Shown: positions 1 to 9,813, counted from the stretch's first letter. The stretch: DNA of 28,432 nt from a bacterium (GCA_046757025.1 JBHHXN010000056.1:1-28432); one strand, 5' to 3'. Program-made: numbers and translations. The notes: generated by a model from the letters alone, not told the origin.

Positions 1-918
1 GGTCTGGCTCTGGGCAGCGGATCCGCCCGAGGCTGGGCTCATATCGGCGTGATTAAGGCGCTGGAGGAGGTTGGAATCTATGCAGACTGTGTGGCCGGGA
101 CCAGCATCGGTGCCCTGGTTGGAGCAGTCTATGCTTCAGGCAACATCGATGCGCTGGAGGAGGTGGTTTGCAAACTCGACTGGAAAAAGGCGTTCAACTT
201 ATTCGATGTTGTCTTTCCGAGATCCGGGCTTCTGGACGGGAAAAAGGTCGCTGATTTCGCCCGCAATCACCTGCAAGCAACGAATATCGAGGATCTGCCT
301 CTGCCTTTCTGTGCAGTTTCAACTGACTTAACCACAGGCGAGGAAGTCGTCATCGCACAAGGCGACGTCATCGAAGCCATCAGAGCCAGCATCTCCATAC
401 CGGGAATCTTTACCCCGGTAAAGAATGGAAACCGGATATTGGTGGACGGCGGCCTGGTCAATCCTGTGCCCGTAAGCGCGGTGCGAAAAATGGGCGCCGA
501 GTTCGTCATCGCTGTCGATCTTAACCACGATATTTTGGACAAAAAAGGAGTCCGAAAACCGCCGTCTGTGAAAACGAGCGCCCGGCCAAAGAATCAAAAC
601 GATGAGGGCAAGAAGAATTTGGTGTCCGTCTGGAATAAAAAGCTTGCCGCGCTTGATATTCCCGCTTTGAATCAGGTAAAACAATGGCTGAACAAAAAAG
701 AGCCGCTGCCCGGTATTTTTGAGGTTCTCATCAGTTCGCTTAATATCATGGAACTTCAAATCACCGACCGGAACCTAAAGATTGACGCGCCCGAGCTCCT
801 TATTCGGCCAAAGTTGGGGCATATAAATTTTCTTGAGATCAATCGGGCACAGGAGGCCATCGAAGAAGGGTACCGGGAAACCATGGCAAAATTAAACTCA
901 TTACCCGATTCCATTTAG
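1..918 (+). CDS. Patatin-like phospholipase (RssA/NTE family), 5'-truncated by the window edge
   Basis: Frame is open from base 1 (GLALGSGSARGWAHIGV). Contains the glycine-rich oxyanion loop, the GTSIG nucleophile motif (GxSxG) and the DGG motif. Confidence 0.93.
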   Translation, partial: GLALGSGSARGWAHIGVIKALEEVGIYADCVAGTSIGALVGAVYASGNIDALEEVVCKLDWKKAFNLFDVVFPRSGLLDGKKVADFARNHLQATNIEDLPLPFCAVSTDLTTGEEVVIAQGDVIEAIRASISIPGIFTPVKNGNRILVDGGLVNPVPVSAVRKMGAEFVIAVDLNHDILDKKGVRKPPSVKTSARPKNQNDEGKKNLVSVWNKKLAALDIPALNQVKQWLNKKEPLPGIFEVLISSLNIMELQITDRNLKIDAPELLIRPKLGHINFLEINRAQEAIEEGYRETMAKLNSLPDSI

Positions 919-1082
919 TGTAGTTCACCCAAAGAAGGGGAGACAAAAATGTACATTCCTAATGATGGGTGCACTCTAAAAACCACTAATTAAACCAATT
1001 GCACGTATTTTAAACGCTTTAATTTCTGCCCATGAAGATCATTGCGGATGTATATGCGCTTGTACTGAATTCAAACCACCCA

Positions 1083-4000
1083 TTACCTCACTAACATCAT
1101 TCTCCTGCTCTCGACCATTCTTTCTCCTGGACGGTGCAGCGGGACCAGTTCTAATCGATAAAAATAAAATCCCGAAGCCACTCCGCTTTCCTCCGCATCC
1201 CACACAACTTCATGATGGCCAGGGCTTTGGTTTGAATTTAACAGCGTCGTTATTTTTTGTCCCCGGGTATTGAAAATCTCCAGTTTAACATGGCCGCCCG
1301 CCGGCAGCTCATAAGCGATGGTCGTGGTGGGGTTGAACGGATTCGGGTAATTCTGAAAAAGGGCAAACGCTTCTGGCTGATAATTCAGAGCCACTTCAAT
1401 TGGGCTGGAAAAGACAAAAGAACCGTCCGTATCGATTTGTTTTAGTCGATAATATAGGCTTTCCACACCGGCTTCTATTTCTGGCTTAATCCTGTCAACA
1501 TAAACATAATCATGGGGAAAGCTGCTGGTGTCGTTGCCTTTCACAAAGCCGATCTTTTGCCAGCCGCGAGCATCCCGTTGCAGATTTCGTTCAATATCAA
1601 ATCCGAAATTGTTGGTTTCGGTGGCGGTCTGCCAGTGTAAAACTACTTCGAAACGGGCTGGTGTGCGTTTTCCACTAAATGAAGTCAGCTCCACAGGAAC
1701 CGGATTATCGATGAAACCACTGAAGACCCCTCGCCCGTGCGTGGCGGCCACCACCAGGCCGTCTGACATGCGGGAATCGATCATATCCACCACCACCTTT
1801 CCGATGGTGGAACTGCCTTCCTGACTCCAGACGGTGGCAGCGCCGTCAAGGGAAGTCGTAGAATACAGGCCGGTGCTGGTTGCCACAAAATAGTAAGTGC
1901 TGGTGCTGGCCGGCAAAATCTCCGCCCAGCGGGTAGAAGGCCCGCTGCCGGAACCGTTGGGGTTTTCCTCCAGATTGCCGCTGACATCGGTCCAGGTTGC
2001 GCCAGCGTTGCTGGTGTAAAACAGGCTCTGCACTTCGTAGTTCGAGAACACCAGCAGCGCCCGGTCCGCGTCGGTGGGGTCGATGGCGACGCAGCTCACA
2101 TAGCCGGCGGGCAGTCCCTTGCCGCTGAAAATATCCAGCGCCAGAGGATTGCCGGCATTCGCTCCATCAAGACGAAAAACTCTTCCGGAAATTGTGCCGT
2201 AATAAAGTCGATTTGCCGGCAAACTGGAAATCGCTACCGCTGAAATGGTATCGTTCGCAACCGCAGCATTGGTCAGGTTCGTCCAGTTCACTGTGGTAGT
2301 ATTATTTGAAAATGCTGGAATAGCGATCAGATCGGCGTTGCGCCATAAATTACTGCCGGCGGGCAGGTACATTATCTTCGAATCGTTTGGATCCAGTACA
2401 AACGGATTGATAAAAAGGAAGCCGCTCGCACCGGTTGGGGTCACTTTGGTCCATTCCGATAAGACGCCGTTATCGCTCAACCTGAGACGAACGATGCTGC
2501 CGTATGGGAAGGAGACATAATAACGGGATCGGCCATTTGCAATAGCGCAGAAAGAACCGTCGCCGCTGAGCAGGCGAACCCAGGGATTGGTGGAGTTGGC
2601 ATCGTTGGTAAACCAGGTGCCGTTATCCTGCATGCCGCCAATGACGATATGGTTTCCCGGGGTGGCGTGGTCGATGGCAACGGTATAAAACTGTGTCGTA
2701 AAATAACCAAAATTCAGATTCGCCCACAGCACCGGCTGCTCGGTACTGTTGGAAGTTTTACTCAACCCGCCGTCGTGAGCAGAAATCATGGTCCTGGAAT
2801 CCGAGGGCAAAAAAACCAAAGCGTGCTGATCCGGATGGTGATTGGGATAAATCGAATTATCGTTTAATATGGAATAGCCACCGATCCAATCGGTATTGCC
2901 AGTAGAAGCCAGCCCGTCAGTTGATCGGTAGAGATTGGTACCGCCAATAAATACCGTGTTTTCCTCGTCCGGCAGGACTTTTACCACCAGGTCGTACGAG
3001 CTTTGGGAATCGAAATCTCCGACCTGTCCTCCAAAAGCGGGAATATTTGCGGTTCGGTTTTCCCAGATGACGCCATTTCCGGCGCCGTTACCTGATAGGT
3101 AAGTGTATTTCCAGAAATGGTGATCGAGGGTGCCGGTACCGGGCGTACTCGCTAAAAAGTACACGATATTTTCATTGGATGGCGCCAGGCCAATGACAAC
3201 CCGATCGTAAATTGCAGGCCAGCCCGCAGGGGTGATTTTGGTCCATGTCAACCCGTCGGTGGAGCGCCAGATGCCGGCGTCCGAACCCTCGTCGCTCAGG
3301 GTAGCGTAAACCACGCCGGAAGAAGAAATCGCCACATCTGTGTAACTTGAGAACGGTGAGGAGCCGCCTAATGCAACGGTCCAGGAAGCGCCGCCGTCCA
3401 CGCTGCGATGGATAGCTCCATAAGTTGCCGCGTAAACTTCATCATTTTGAGAATTGGAAACATCGGTGACGATGTTCCAGACATAATCCCAGAGCTGATC
3501 CAGGACCTGCGGTGTCCCGCTGAAAGTTGAGGAAAGGGAAGTCCAATTCAATCCACCGTCTGTAGATTTAAACATGCCATCCCCCAGATATGGTGCACCT
3601 TTACCGCTGGCGCTGTTGCCGACAAATTCGCCCGTGCCAACATACCAGGTGGCGGTTTTATTTGCTCGGGTGTCCTGAGCGAGGCAGGTGATGTTGTGAA
3701 GCTGAGCCGGGTCGGTGGTGAGGGTCCAGCTACTGCCGCCGTCTGTGGATCGCCAGATTCCACCGGAAACGCCACCTGCAAGAATCATGCTTTCATTGGC
3801 CTGGTCGATGGCAAGTGCACGGGTCCGACCTCCCAGATTAAACGGTCCTCTTTCTGTCCAGGCGAGATTCTGGAAAACAATGGCGTCCGTTTTTAGCAAA
3901 CCAATTTCACGAGTTGGTAAAGTTGCGGCATACGTCAGCTCTTTACGGTGAATATGTTGTGGGATTGTGTTCGATTTTGGATTCCGTAGTCTGCGCCATT

Positions 4001-4154
4001 CGAATTGCATTCTGGCACGTGGATTTTCACTGGTACCGATAGCAGACTTTCCTGAAGATGGAAGTCTTGCAGTATCAAAAGTCCCAATTAAAAAATAGGT
4101 GATACCAATCGCCATTCCAAACAGAATTGTTGATATCAGGACTCTTTTTTTCAT
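1083..4154 (-). CDS. Secreted BNR/Asp-box beta-propeller protein with C-terminal T9SS-type A/FlgD-Ig-like sorting domain
   Basis: N-terminal hydrophobic segment, repeated SxDGGxxW/STDGLTW Asp-boxes, GGRTRALAID and GGMQDNGT motifs, then PVELTSF...YYRLKQIDTDG and QNYPNPFNPTTTI at the C-terminus. Confidence 0.85.
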   Translation of the reverse strand: MKKRVLISTILFGMAIGITYFLIGTFDTARLPSSGKSAIGTSENPRARMQFEWRRLRNPKSNTIPQHIHRKELTYAATLPTREIGLLKTDAIVFQNLAWTERGPFNLGGRTRALAIDQANESMILAGGVSGGIWRSTDGGSSWTLTTDPAQLHNITCLAQDTRANKTATWYVGTGEFVGNSASGKGAPYLGDGMFKSTDGGLNWTSLSSTFSGTPQVLDQLWDYVWNIVTDVSNSQNDEVYAATYGAIHRSVDGGASWTVALGGSSPFSSYTDVAISSSGVVYATLSDEGSDAGIWRSTDGLTWTKITPAGWPAIYDRVVIGLAPSNENIVYFLASTPGTGTLDHHFWKYTYLSGNGAGNGVIWENRTANIPAFGGQVGDFDSQSSYDLVVKVLPDEENTVFIGGTNLYRSTDGLASTGNTDWIGGYSILNDNSIYPNHHPDQHALVFLPSDSRTMISAHDGGLSKTSNSTEQPVLWANLNFGYFTTQFYTVAIDHATPGNHIVIGGMQDNGTWFTNDANSTNPWVRLLSGDGSFCAIANGRSRYYVSFPYGSIVRLRLSDNGVLSEWTKVTPTGASGFLFINPFVLDPNDSKIMYLPAGSNLWRNADLIAIPAFSNNTTTVNWTNLTNAAVANDTISAVAISSLPANRLYYGTISGRVFRLDGANAGNPLALDIFSGKGLPAGYVSCVAIDPTDADRALLVFSNYEVQSLFYTSNAGATWTDVSGNLEENPNGSGSGPSTRWAEILPASTSTYYFVATSTGLYSTTSLDGAATVWSQEGSSTIGKVVVDMIDSRMSDGLVVAATHGRGVFSGFIDNPVPVELTSFSGKRTPARFEVVLHWQTATETNNFGFDIERNLQRDARGWQKIGFVKGNDTSSFPHDYVYVDRIKPEIEAGVESLYYRLKQIDTDGSFVFSSPIEVALNYQPEAFALFQNYPNPFNPTTTIAYELPAGGHVKLEIFNTRGQKITTLLNSNQSPGHHEVVWDAEESGVASGFYFYRLELVPLHRPGERMVESRRMMLVR

Positions 4155-4401
4155 GGAATCAAATTCCTTTCTACAAATAAAGCATGTACTCTTTACCTGA
4201 GATAATATATGGATTGCAATAGCCTGGTTAAATATTTCAAGCTATTAATGGCTCAATAGTTCCATAAATAAGTGTTCAATTTGATTAATTTACGTTAATC
4301 ATACAATTAAAATACTTTGCTATCAGAAGATGATATGCTTATATTGGCACTTCCTTGTTTACCGATAATTTCGTTGTTTTGGATACACCGAGAAATCGTT
4401 T

Positions 4402-5076
4402 ATGAAATTTCAATTTATTCCCCTTGTCAAAATCTGCTGTATCCAGAATGTGGAAGAAGCCTGGCTTGCCATCCAACATGGGGCGTCTGCGCTGGGACTG
4501 GTGTCAGAGATGCCCAGCGGGCCCGGAGTGATTTCAGAACAAGCGATTGTTGAAATTGCCGCCAGCGTTCCGCCTGGCATCGCCACTTTTCTTTTGACCT
4601 GCAAACAGGACAGCGAAGAGATCATCGAACAGCAGCGACGCTGCCGTGTCAACACCTTGCAGCTCGTGGATGAGCTAAAAAACGGCACGCATGCCGATCT
4701 ACGCAAAGCGCTGCCCGGAATTGGCATCGTACAGGTCATCCATGTCACTGGTGACGAGTCGGTTTCAGAAGCCAGTACCGCCGCCCAGCACGTGGACGCC
4801 ATCTTACTTGATTCAGGCGATCCAAATTTGCAGGTCAAAGAGCTAGGAGGCACTGGCCGCACCCACAACTGGCAGTTGAGCAAACTAATTCGAGAAGCCG
4901 TGAGCGTACCGGTTTTTTTAGCCGGTGGTTTGAACCCGAACAACGTGGGAGATGCGATTCGAGAGGTTGGTCCCTTTGGCATCGATGTTTGCAGCGGCGT
5001 ACGCACCGACGGTCAATTGGATTCAGCTAAATTAACCGCTTTCATGGCACAGATTCGCTCAGCAGCAACCACCTAA
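4402..5076 (+). CDS. trpF: Phosphoribosylanthranilate isomerase
   Basis: VKICCI at the N-terminus, AILLDS, LGGTGRTHNW, LAGGLNPNNV and GIDVCSGV motifs. Confidence 0.92.
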   Translation: MKFQFIPLVKICCIQNVEEAWLAIQHGASALGLVSEMPSGPGVISEQAIVEIAASVPPGIATFLLTCKQDSEEIIEQQRRCRVNTLQLVDELKNGTHADLRKALPGIGIVQVIHVTGDESVSEASTAAQHVDAILLDSGDPNLQVKELGGTGRTHNWQLSKLIREAVSVPVFLAGGLNPNNVGDAIREVGPFGIDVCSGVRTDGQLDSAKLTAFMAQIRSAATT

Positions 5077-5212
5077 CCACAGGCGGTTTTATCAATAAAA
5101 AAATGGAAAATTTCAAAGAGTAAATGGCGTGTGGCACGCAACATATTTCTTGCTTTTTATATTTAAAAATGTTAAGCTACAGGAAAATAAACCTTTTTCA
5201 GTGCACAACTAA

Positions 5213-6457
5213 ATGCGAATTCGATTGCTGAGCCACTATCTCAAACATCTGAATGTTATCGCCTGTGTATTCGCTGCTTTTATTAGCACTTTATTGCTTA
5301 TTGAAACAGCTCAGGCCCAAAATAATCGCGACGAATTCAATCCGCTGTTTGTCGATCCCGCCAGCCCGGATTTTTCGAAAAACCCGGACTTACTGGTTCG
5401 CATCAAGTCCGGTCCGCATGGCTATTTTCGATTCATCAACATCCTTTTCAGCAAAGAAGTCTGCCGAAGATTTGAGCACACTCTGCCGGGAACGCCTTCC
5501 TTTAATTTACACGGAGACGCTCACATCGAACAATACGCCATCACCGATCTGGGTCGCGGCCTCACTGATTTCGACGATTCCTCCACCGGGCCGGCCTTGC
5601 TGGATTTGATGCGCTTCGGTGTTTCTCTGCACATCACCTGTAAAGTAAATGGCTGGGATGACCAGGCTGATGAGTTATTTGAGAAGTTTTTACTCGGTTA
5701 TCGATTGGGAATCAACAAACCCAAAATGACGGCGGAAGAACCCACCCTGGTCAAACGAATCCGTTCAAAATTCAAATTCAATCGAAAAGAGTATTTAAAA
5801 GACATCGATGAGTGGATGCAACCCATGCCCCAAAAAGAACAGACCGAGCTCAACGAAGCCATGCAGCCTTATGTAGAAACCACCTTGTTGCAGCATGCAG
5901 AGTTGACACCCGCCTTTTTTGAGATAGTGAAAATGGGGCTATTGCAAATGGGTATCGGCAGCGCCCTGGATATCAAATATTTAGTGCGGCTGCGCGGTAA
6001 AACCGACGATCCTTTAGACGACGTGGTTATCGAAATCAAACAGGTAAGAGATCTCAGCGGAATCGATTGCATTACCATCGCACAAAAATCCGACCCGTTC
6101 AGAGTTTTAGTGGGACAGGCGCGCATCGCTTATCAACCTTACAAATATCTCGGTTATCTGCGATTTCACGGCCAGACTTTCTGGATACACGCCTGGGTCG
6201 ATAATTATAAAGAGATCGATATTACAAAATCATTTAAATCCAAAAAAGAATTAGAAGAAGTGGTGCTGGATGTGGGCATTCAACTGGGACAGGGGCATCC
6301 CAAACAAATAGCCGCGCCGCTAGACATTCAACTGCGCCGCGAGCAATTGCTGCTGCTCACAAAATATGAAACGGAATTAGCGACAGCCTGCGCCGAACTT
6401 GCCGAGCTAACTGTGGCCGCCTGGAAAAAGTTTTGCAAAAATGTCTCCCACGAGTAG
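5213..6457 (+). CDS. DUF2252-like (kinase-like) protein with predicted signal peptide
   Basis: LHGDAHIEQY, TDFDDS, DLMRF, GIGSAL and IEIKQ resemble DUF2252 motifs. A hydrophobic N-terminal stretch ends in AQA-Q. Confidence 0.62.
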   Translation: MRIRLLSHYLKHLNVIACVFAAFISTLLLIETAQAQNNRDEFNPLFVDPASPDFSKNPDLLVRIKSGPHGYFRFINILFSKEVCRRFEHTLPGTPSFNLHGDAHIEQYAITDLGRGLTDFDDSSTGPALLDLMRFGVSLHITCKVNGWDDQADELFEKFLLGYRLGINKPKMTAEEPTLVKRIRSKFKFNRKEYLKDIDEWMQPMPQKEQTELNEAMQPYVETTLLQHAELTPAFFEIVKMGLLQMGIGSALDIKYLVRLRGKTDDPLDDVVIEIKQVRDLSGIDCITIAQKSDPFRVLVGQARIAYQPYKYLGYLRFHGQTFWIHAWVDNYKEIDITKSFKSKKELEEVVLDVGIQLGQGHPKQIAAPLDIQLRREQLLLLTKYETELATACAELAELTVAAWKKFCKNVSHE

Positions 6458-6469
6458 AGTGTTCACATT

Positions 6470-7882
6470 TTAGATTCCTTCCATTGCCAGAACGTAACTC
6501 AAAATAGCCATAGCTGCCGCTCCTAACTCCAATTCCCGTTCGTTGACCTTGTCGAAGGTGTCGTTGTCCGAATGGTGGTAATCGAAATAGCGGTGTGAGT
6601 CCACCAGCAAACCGATGGTGGGAATCTGATACTTTTCTCCCAACGGATTGATATCCACTCCGCCATATCCTTCCGAAATATGGTCAGCGGTGATGGTTTC
6701 AAACAGATAAGACCAGTTGGCAATTTTTCTGAGCTGTTCAGGGGCGGTTTTTACCGTAAATCCTCTGGGTGTAAATCCGCCGCGATCGCTTTCTATGGCC
6801 GCGATGTGTCGCAGGCCGTTTTCATCGGCTTTTTCTGCGTAAGCTCTGCCGCCGCGAACGCCGTTTTCCTCGTTGATAAACAACACGGCCCGAATGGTGC
6901 GTTTCGGGGTCAAACCCAGGGATTTGAGCACGCGCAAGGCTTCGATGGCTTGCACGCAACCGGCGCCGTCGTCGTGCGCACCGTGCCCTTTATCCCAGCT
7001 ATCGAGATGGCCGCCGATGACGATGACCTCGTCTGGAAATTCCGAGCCGGTGATTTCTCCGATGACATTGGCGGATGGCACATCGGGCAGGGTTTCGCAG
7101 CTCAGCCTCAATCGCACGCGCACACTCTTATCGCGTTTCAGCAGTTGACTGAGAAAGTTCGCATCCAGCGTGCTGATGGCTGCGGCCGGTATTTTACGTA
7201 CATTATCGTCATAGCGCATGGCGCCGGTGTGCGGCACGTCGTCCAGACGCGTGGTCATGGAGCGCACCAGCACGGCCGTTGCCCCGACTTTGGCCGCTTC
7301 GATGGCGCCGCGCGCCCGTTGATACACGGCTCCGCTGTAAGCCGAAAAGGTGTTCAATCTGGTGGGGTCCATGGCGCGATTATAAAAGATGATTTTATTT
7401 TGCGCTTTTTTACCCAGCGCCTGCACCGCTGCAAAATCATGCACTTCGATGACTTCTCCCACCACACCTATTTCTGATGTGCCGACGCTACGTCCCAGGG
7501 CACAAACGGTTAATTCTACCGAACCGACTGTGGGTGAATTAAGCACCTGCGCTTCTTCGACGGCGCCGCGTACCCAGTGCGGCACCATCACTTCCTGAAG
7601 GTGGACGTTTTCCAGTCCTGCTTTGAGCATGGTCTGACGTCCCCATTCCACCGCTGCTGCTGCCTGCGGGGAGCCGCTCAATCTCGGCCCGATTTCCAGG
7701 GTTAACTCCTTGAGCATGGAATAGGCCTGGCCCTCCGCAAGCGCCGCATTTATAATTTGTTTTGAAATGTTTGAATATAACTGCGGCGAATCGTTGGACT
7801 TTTCCTGGGCAAATAATGCAGTGGTTGATATCATTGAGAACAGGATGAGAATGACCTGAAAACATTTTTGAACTCGATTCAT
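6470..7882 (-). CDS. M28 family metallopeptidase (carboxypeptidase Q-like), exported
   Basis: IGPRLSGS, GGHLDSWD, GAHDDGAG, NEENG, ESD and YHH zinc-ligand motifs, plus a signal peptide. Confidence 0.93.
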   Translation of the reverse strand: MNRVQKCFQVILILFSMISTTALFAQEKSNDSPQLYSNISKQIINAALAEGQAYSMLKELTLEIGPRLSGSPQAAAAVEWGRQTMLKAGLENVHLQEVMVPHWVRGAVEEAQVLNSPTVGSVELTVCALGRSVGTSEIGVVGEVIEVHDFAAVQALGKKAQNKIIFYNRAMDPTRLNTFSAYSGAVYQRARGAIEAAKVGATAVLVRSMTTRLDDVPHTGAMRYDDNVRKIPAAAISTLDANFLSQLLKRDKSVRVRLRLSCETLPDVPSANVIGEITGSEFPDEVIVIGGHLDSWDKGHGAHDDGAGCVQAIEALRVLKSLGLTPKRTIRAVLFINEENGVRGGRAYAEKADENGLRHIAAIESDRGGFTPRGFTVKTAPEQLRKIANWSYLFETITADHISEGYGGVDINPLGEKYQIPTIGLLVDSHRYFDYHHSDNDTFDKVNERELELGAAAMAILSYVLAMEGI

Positions 7883-7922
7883 TTGGCCCTCATAATTTTA
7901 TGGCGCAATCGTCATTGTCCAA

Positions 7923-8453
7923 CTACGAATGGTATTTCAACATGAAAAAGATGATGACGCCCGTGATAGAAACATACAGCCAGATGGGAAAAGTGAATTT
8001 GGCGATTTTGCGGTGCGACTTTCTTTTATCAGACAGACCAAAGTAAATGGTCGAAATGACCATGGGTAAAACGATCATCGATAAAAGAATATGGCTGATC
8101 AGTACAAAAAAATAAACCGGTCGAATCCAGCCTTCGCCTAAGAACCGGGTGTCGCCTTGTAAACTATGGTAATAGACATAACTGATGAGAAACAAGGCGG
8201 AAACGATAAATGCCGAAATCATGAGATTTTTGTGTAAAAATTCACGTTTGTTTTTGATGGCCCAGTACCCGATCAAAAGGATGACGGTACTGGTGGCATT
8301 GAGCGTGGCATTCACCGCCGGCAGCATGGAAACCGCTAAATTTTTATCGCCGCTTGCCTGACGAAAATAAATCAGCCAGATCAAAAATGACAGGGCCAAG
8401 GTGGTGATAACGGCGTTCCAGATGTAGAAATTTTTGTTGGTGGTTGAATTCAT
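7923..8453 (-). CDS. DUF420 family membrane protein (CtaM/YozB-like)
   Basis: LPAVNATLN, HKNLM, FLISYVYYH, LISHILLS, HRKIA and PIWLYVSITG motifs, with multiple TM helices. Confidence 0.9.
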   Translation of the reverse strand: MNSTTNKNFYIWNAVITTLALSFLIWLIYFRQASGDKNLAVSMLPAVNATLNATSTVILLIGYWAIKNKREFLHKNLMISAFIVSALFLISYVYYHSLQGDTRFLGEGWIRPVYFFVLISHILLSMIVLPMVISTIYFGLSDKRKSHRKIAKFTFPIWLYVSITGVIIFFMLKYHS

Positions 8454-8478
8454 GAGTATCCTTACGAAAAATATTTAA

Positions 8479-9279
8479 TCAAATTATTTTTGCTTCATTA
8501 ATTAACTTTTGCCATAAATTTTCTAAGTTGAGTTTGTTGACCCAATATTTCAAATAAACCTGATCTAAGTTCTCAAATTGAACCTCATAAATTCTTAAGG
8601 CATCTTTAAATTGCTTTTCACTGCCACCAGACAGTTTAGCCCATTTTAACTTGACTAATATCGTATCTTCCGGGCTGGATACACAGATATTGGCACCCAA
8701 CACATGTTCAATATATTTGCGAGCAAATCTTGACTTGTCAAACTCGTCGTCTGTTAATATCCAAAAATCAACCTTATCCCCTTCCGTGACACTTATAAGA
8801 TTGAACATGTTTCTCTGAATAATAGCTTGATTTATAGTATGACTTCTGAACTTTTGCATTTTTTTACAAGAAAATGGCTAAATGACGCGAAGTGAATGAC
8901 ACGACCCGTCATAAAGTCATCAGGTCATTTGCCTTTGGCGTCATTTTAGACAGCAGCAATAATTCACCTCTGTCAATGACAGCGAGGCTTAATGACGGCT
9001 GATAATAGCACCATGGTTTGGACCACAACAAAGCAAGTCATTTAAACATTTGCGGCTCCGCCGCGCTAGGCTTTCCTCATCTAAATAATATTCAGGTTGA
9101 GAAAATTTAGCAACTAAAGATTTTACAGTTGATTTTTGAATTGCCACTACGATATCGATATCATGAGTTGATCTCGGTTCTCCTTGCAAGCTTGATGCGA
9201 TTGAACCGGTTACCATGTATTCGATTTCTGCCTCTTCAAGGGCTTGAATTACTTTGATTAATAATTCCTGTTGTGACAT
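8479..9279 (-). pseudogene. Nucleotidyltransferase-fold protein (toxin-like partner of a two-gene module) interrupted by a 234-bp element
   Basis: ORFs 8989-9279 and 8479-8859 share a frame. Deleting the element gives a 188-aa ORF reading ...YYLDEES-INQAIIQRNMFNLI..., with TGSIASSLQGEPRSTHDIDIV (GS...DxD), SPEDTILVKLKW and SEKQFKDA. Confidence 0.85.
8836..9070. mobile_element. 234-bp non-autonomous element, copy 1 (boundary ambiguous by 1 bp: 8836-9069 or 8837-9070)
   Basis: Reverse complement of 23409-23643 with one mismatch seen (8841 vs 23638). Interrupts a CDS. No TIR or TSD. Confidence 0.9.
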
Positions 9280-9473
9280 TTATCCAGTCGTTTTTTTAGT
9301 AGTTCATTAAATTCGGCTTCTGATAAGTTAGGGAACCGTTTCCGTAAACCATGAATAAAAAGCTGTTTACTGAAAACAGACAACTCAAATGTTTTGAGCA
9401 GCTTTTTCTCGGGCGACATTTTTCGCAATGATTGAATATAAATTTGATGATTTAATTGTTTTTTTAATTGCAT
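9258..9473 (-). CDS. Small helical protein, putative antitoxin-like partner of the nucleotidyltransferase
   Basis: 71 aa with the pattern LRKMSPEKKL...GLRKRFPNLSE. Overlaps the start of the downstream gene by 22 bp and lies in an AT-rich segment. Confidence 0.7.
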   Translation of the reverse strand: MQLKKQLNHQIYIQSLRKMSPEKKLLKTFELSVFSKQLFIHGLRKRFPNLSEAEFNELLKKRLDKCHNRNY

Positions 9474-9813
9474 ATTTAAACATATAAATTTATTTAAAAA
9501 AGCTCAATACATTAATACAAAGGCCTGGCTTGATCGATTTTCTCGTTGGAATCCCGTATGTGAATTTACAAAGGATTGTCTCCTTCGATTTTCCAAACAC
9601 AAAAATGAAAACGATGTAGGTTGCAATTGTTATCATTGTCGGATGGATTCACCTTGTTACTAAAAAACCGAACACAAATAAAAATAATCAATTTGAATTA
9701 AAATTTTATTGACATATATTAATTAATTATTAATTTTAATGGGAATTTAAAAGCAGTCATTGTTTGAAAATTAGCATAAAATGAAAAATAAATCTGACAT
9801 TTTCAAGCTTTAA

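Noticed and set aside
6680..7477. Long antisense ORFs (also 4410-5006, 15978-16628, 17599-18132)
   Set aside because: These are shadows of well-supported genes on the opposite strand and have no motifs.
8880..9045. CRISPR array from the short repeated motifs
   Set aside because: The repeats are 5-6 bp, in both orientations and irregularly spaced. No cas genes are present.
8836..9070. 234-bp insert as a self-splicing group I/II intron
   Set aside because: In gene orientation it starts (C)CTAG and ends CATAC(T). It lacks GUGYG...AY ends, a terminal G and any recognisable catalytic core, and the second copy is intergenic.
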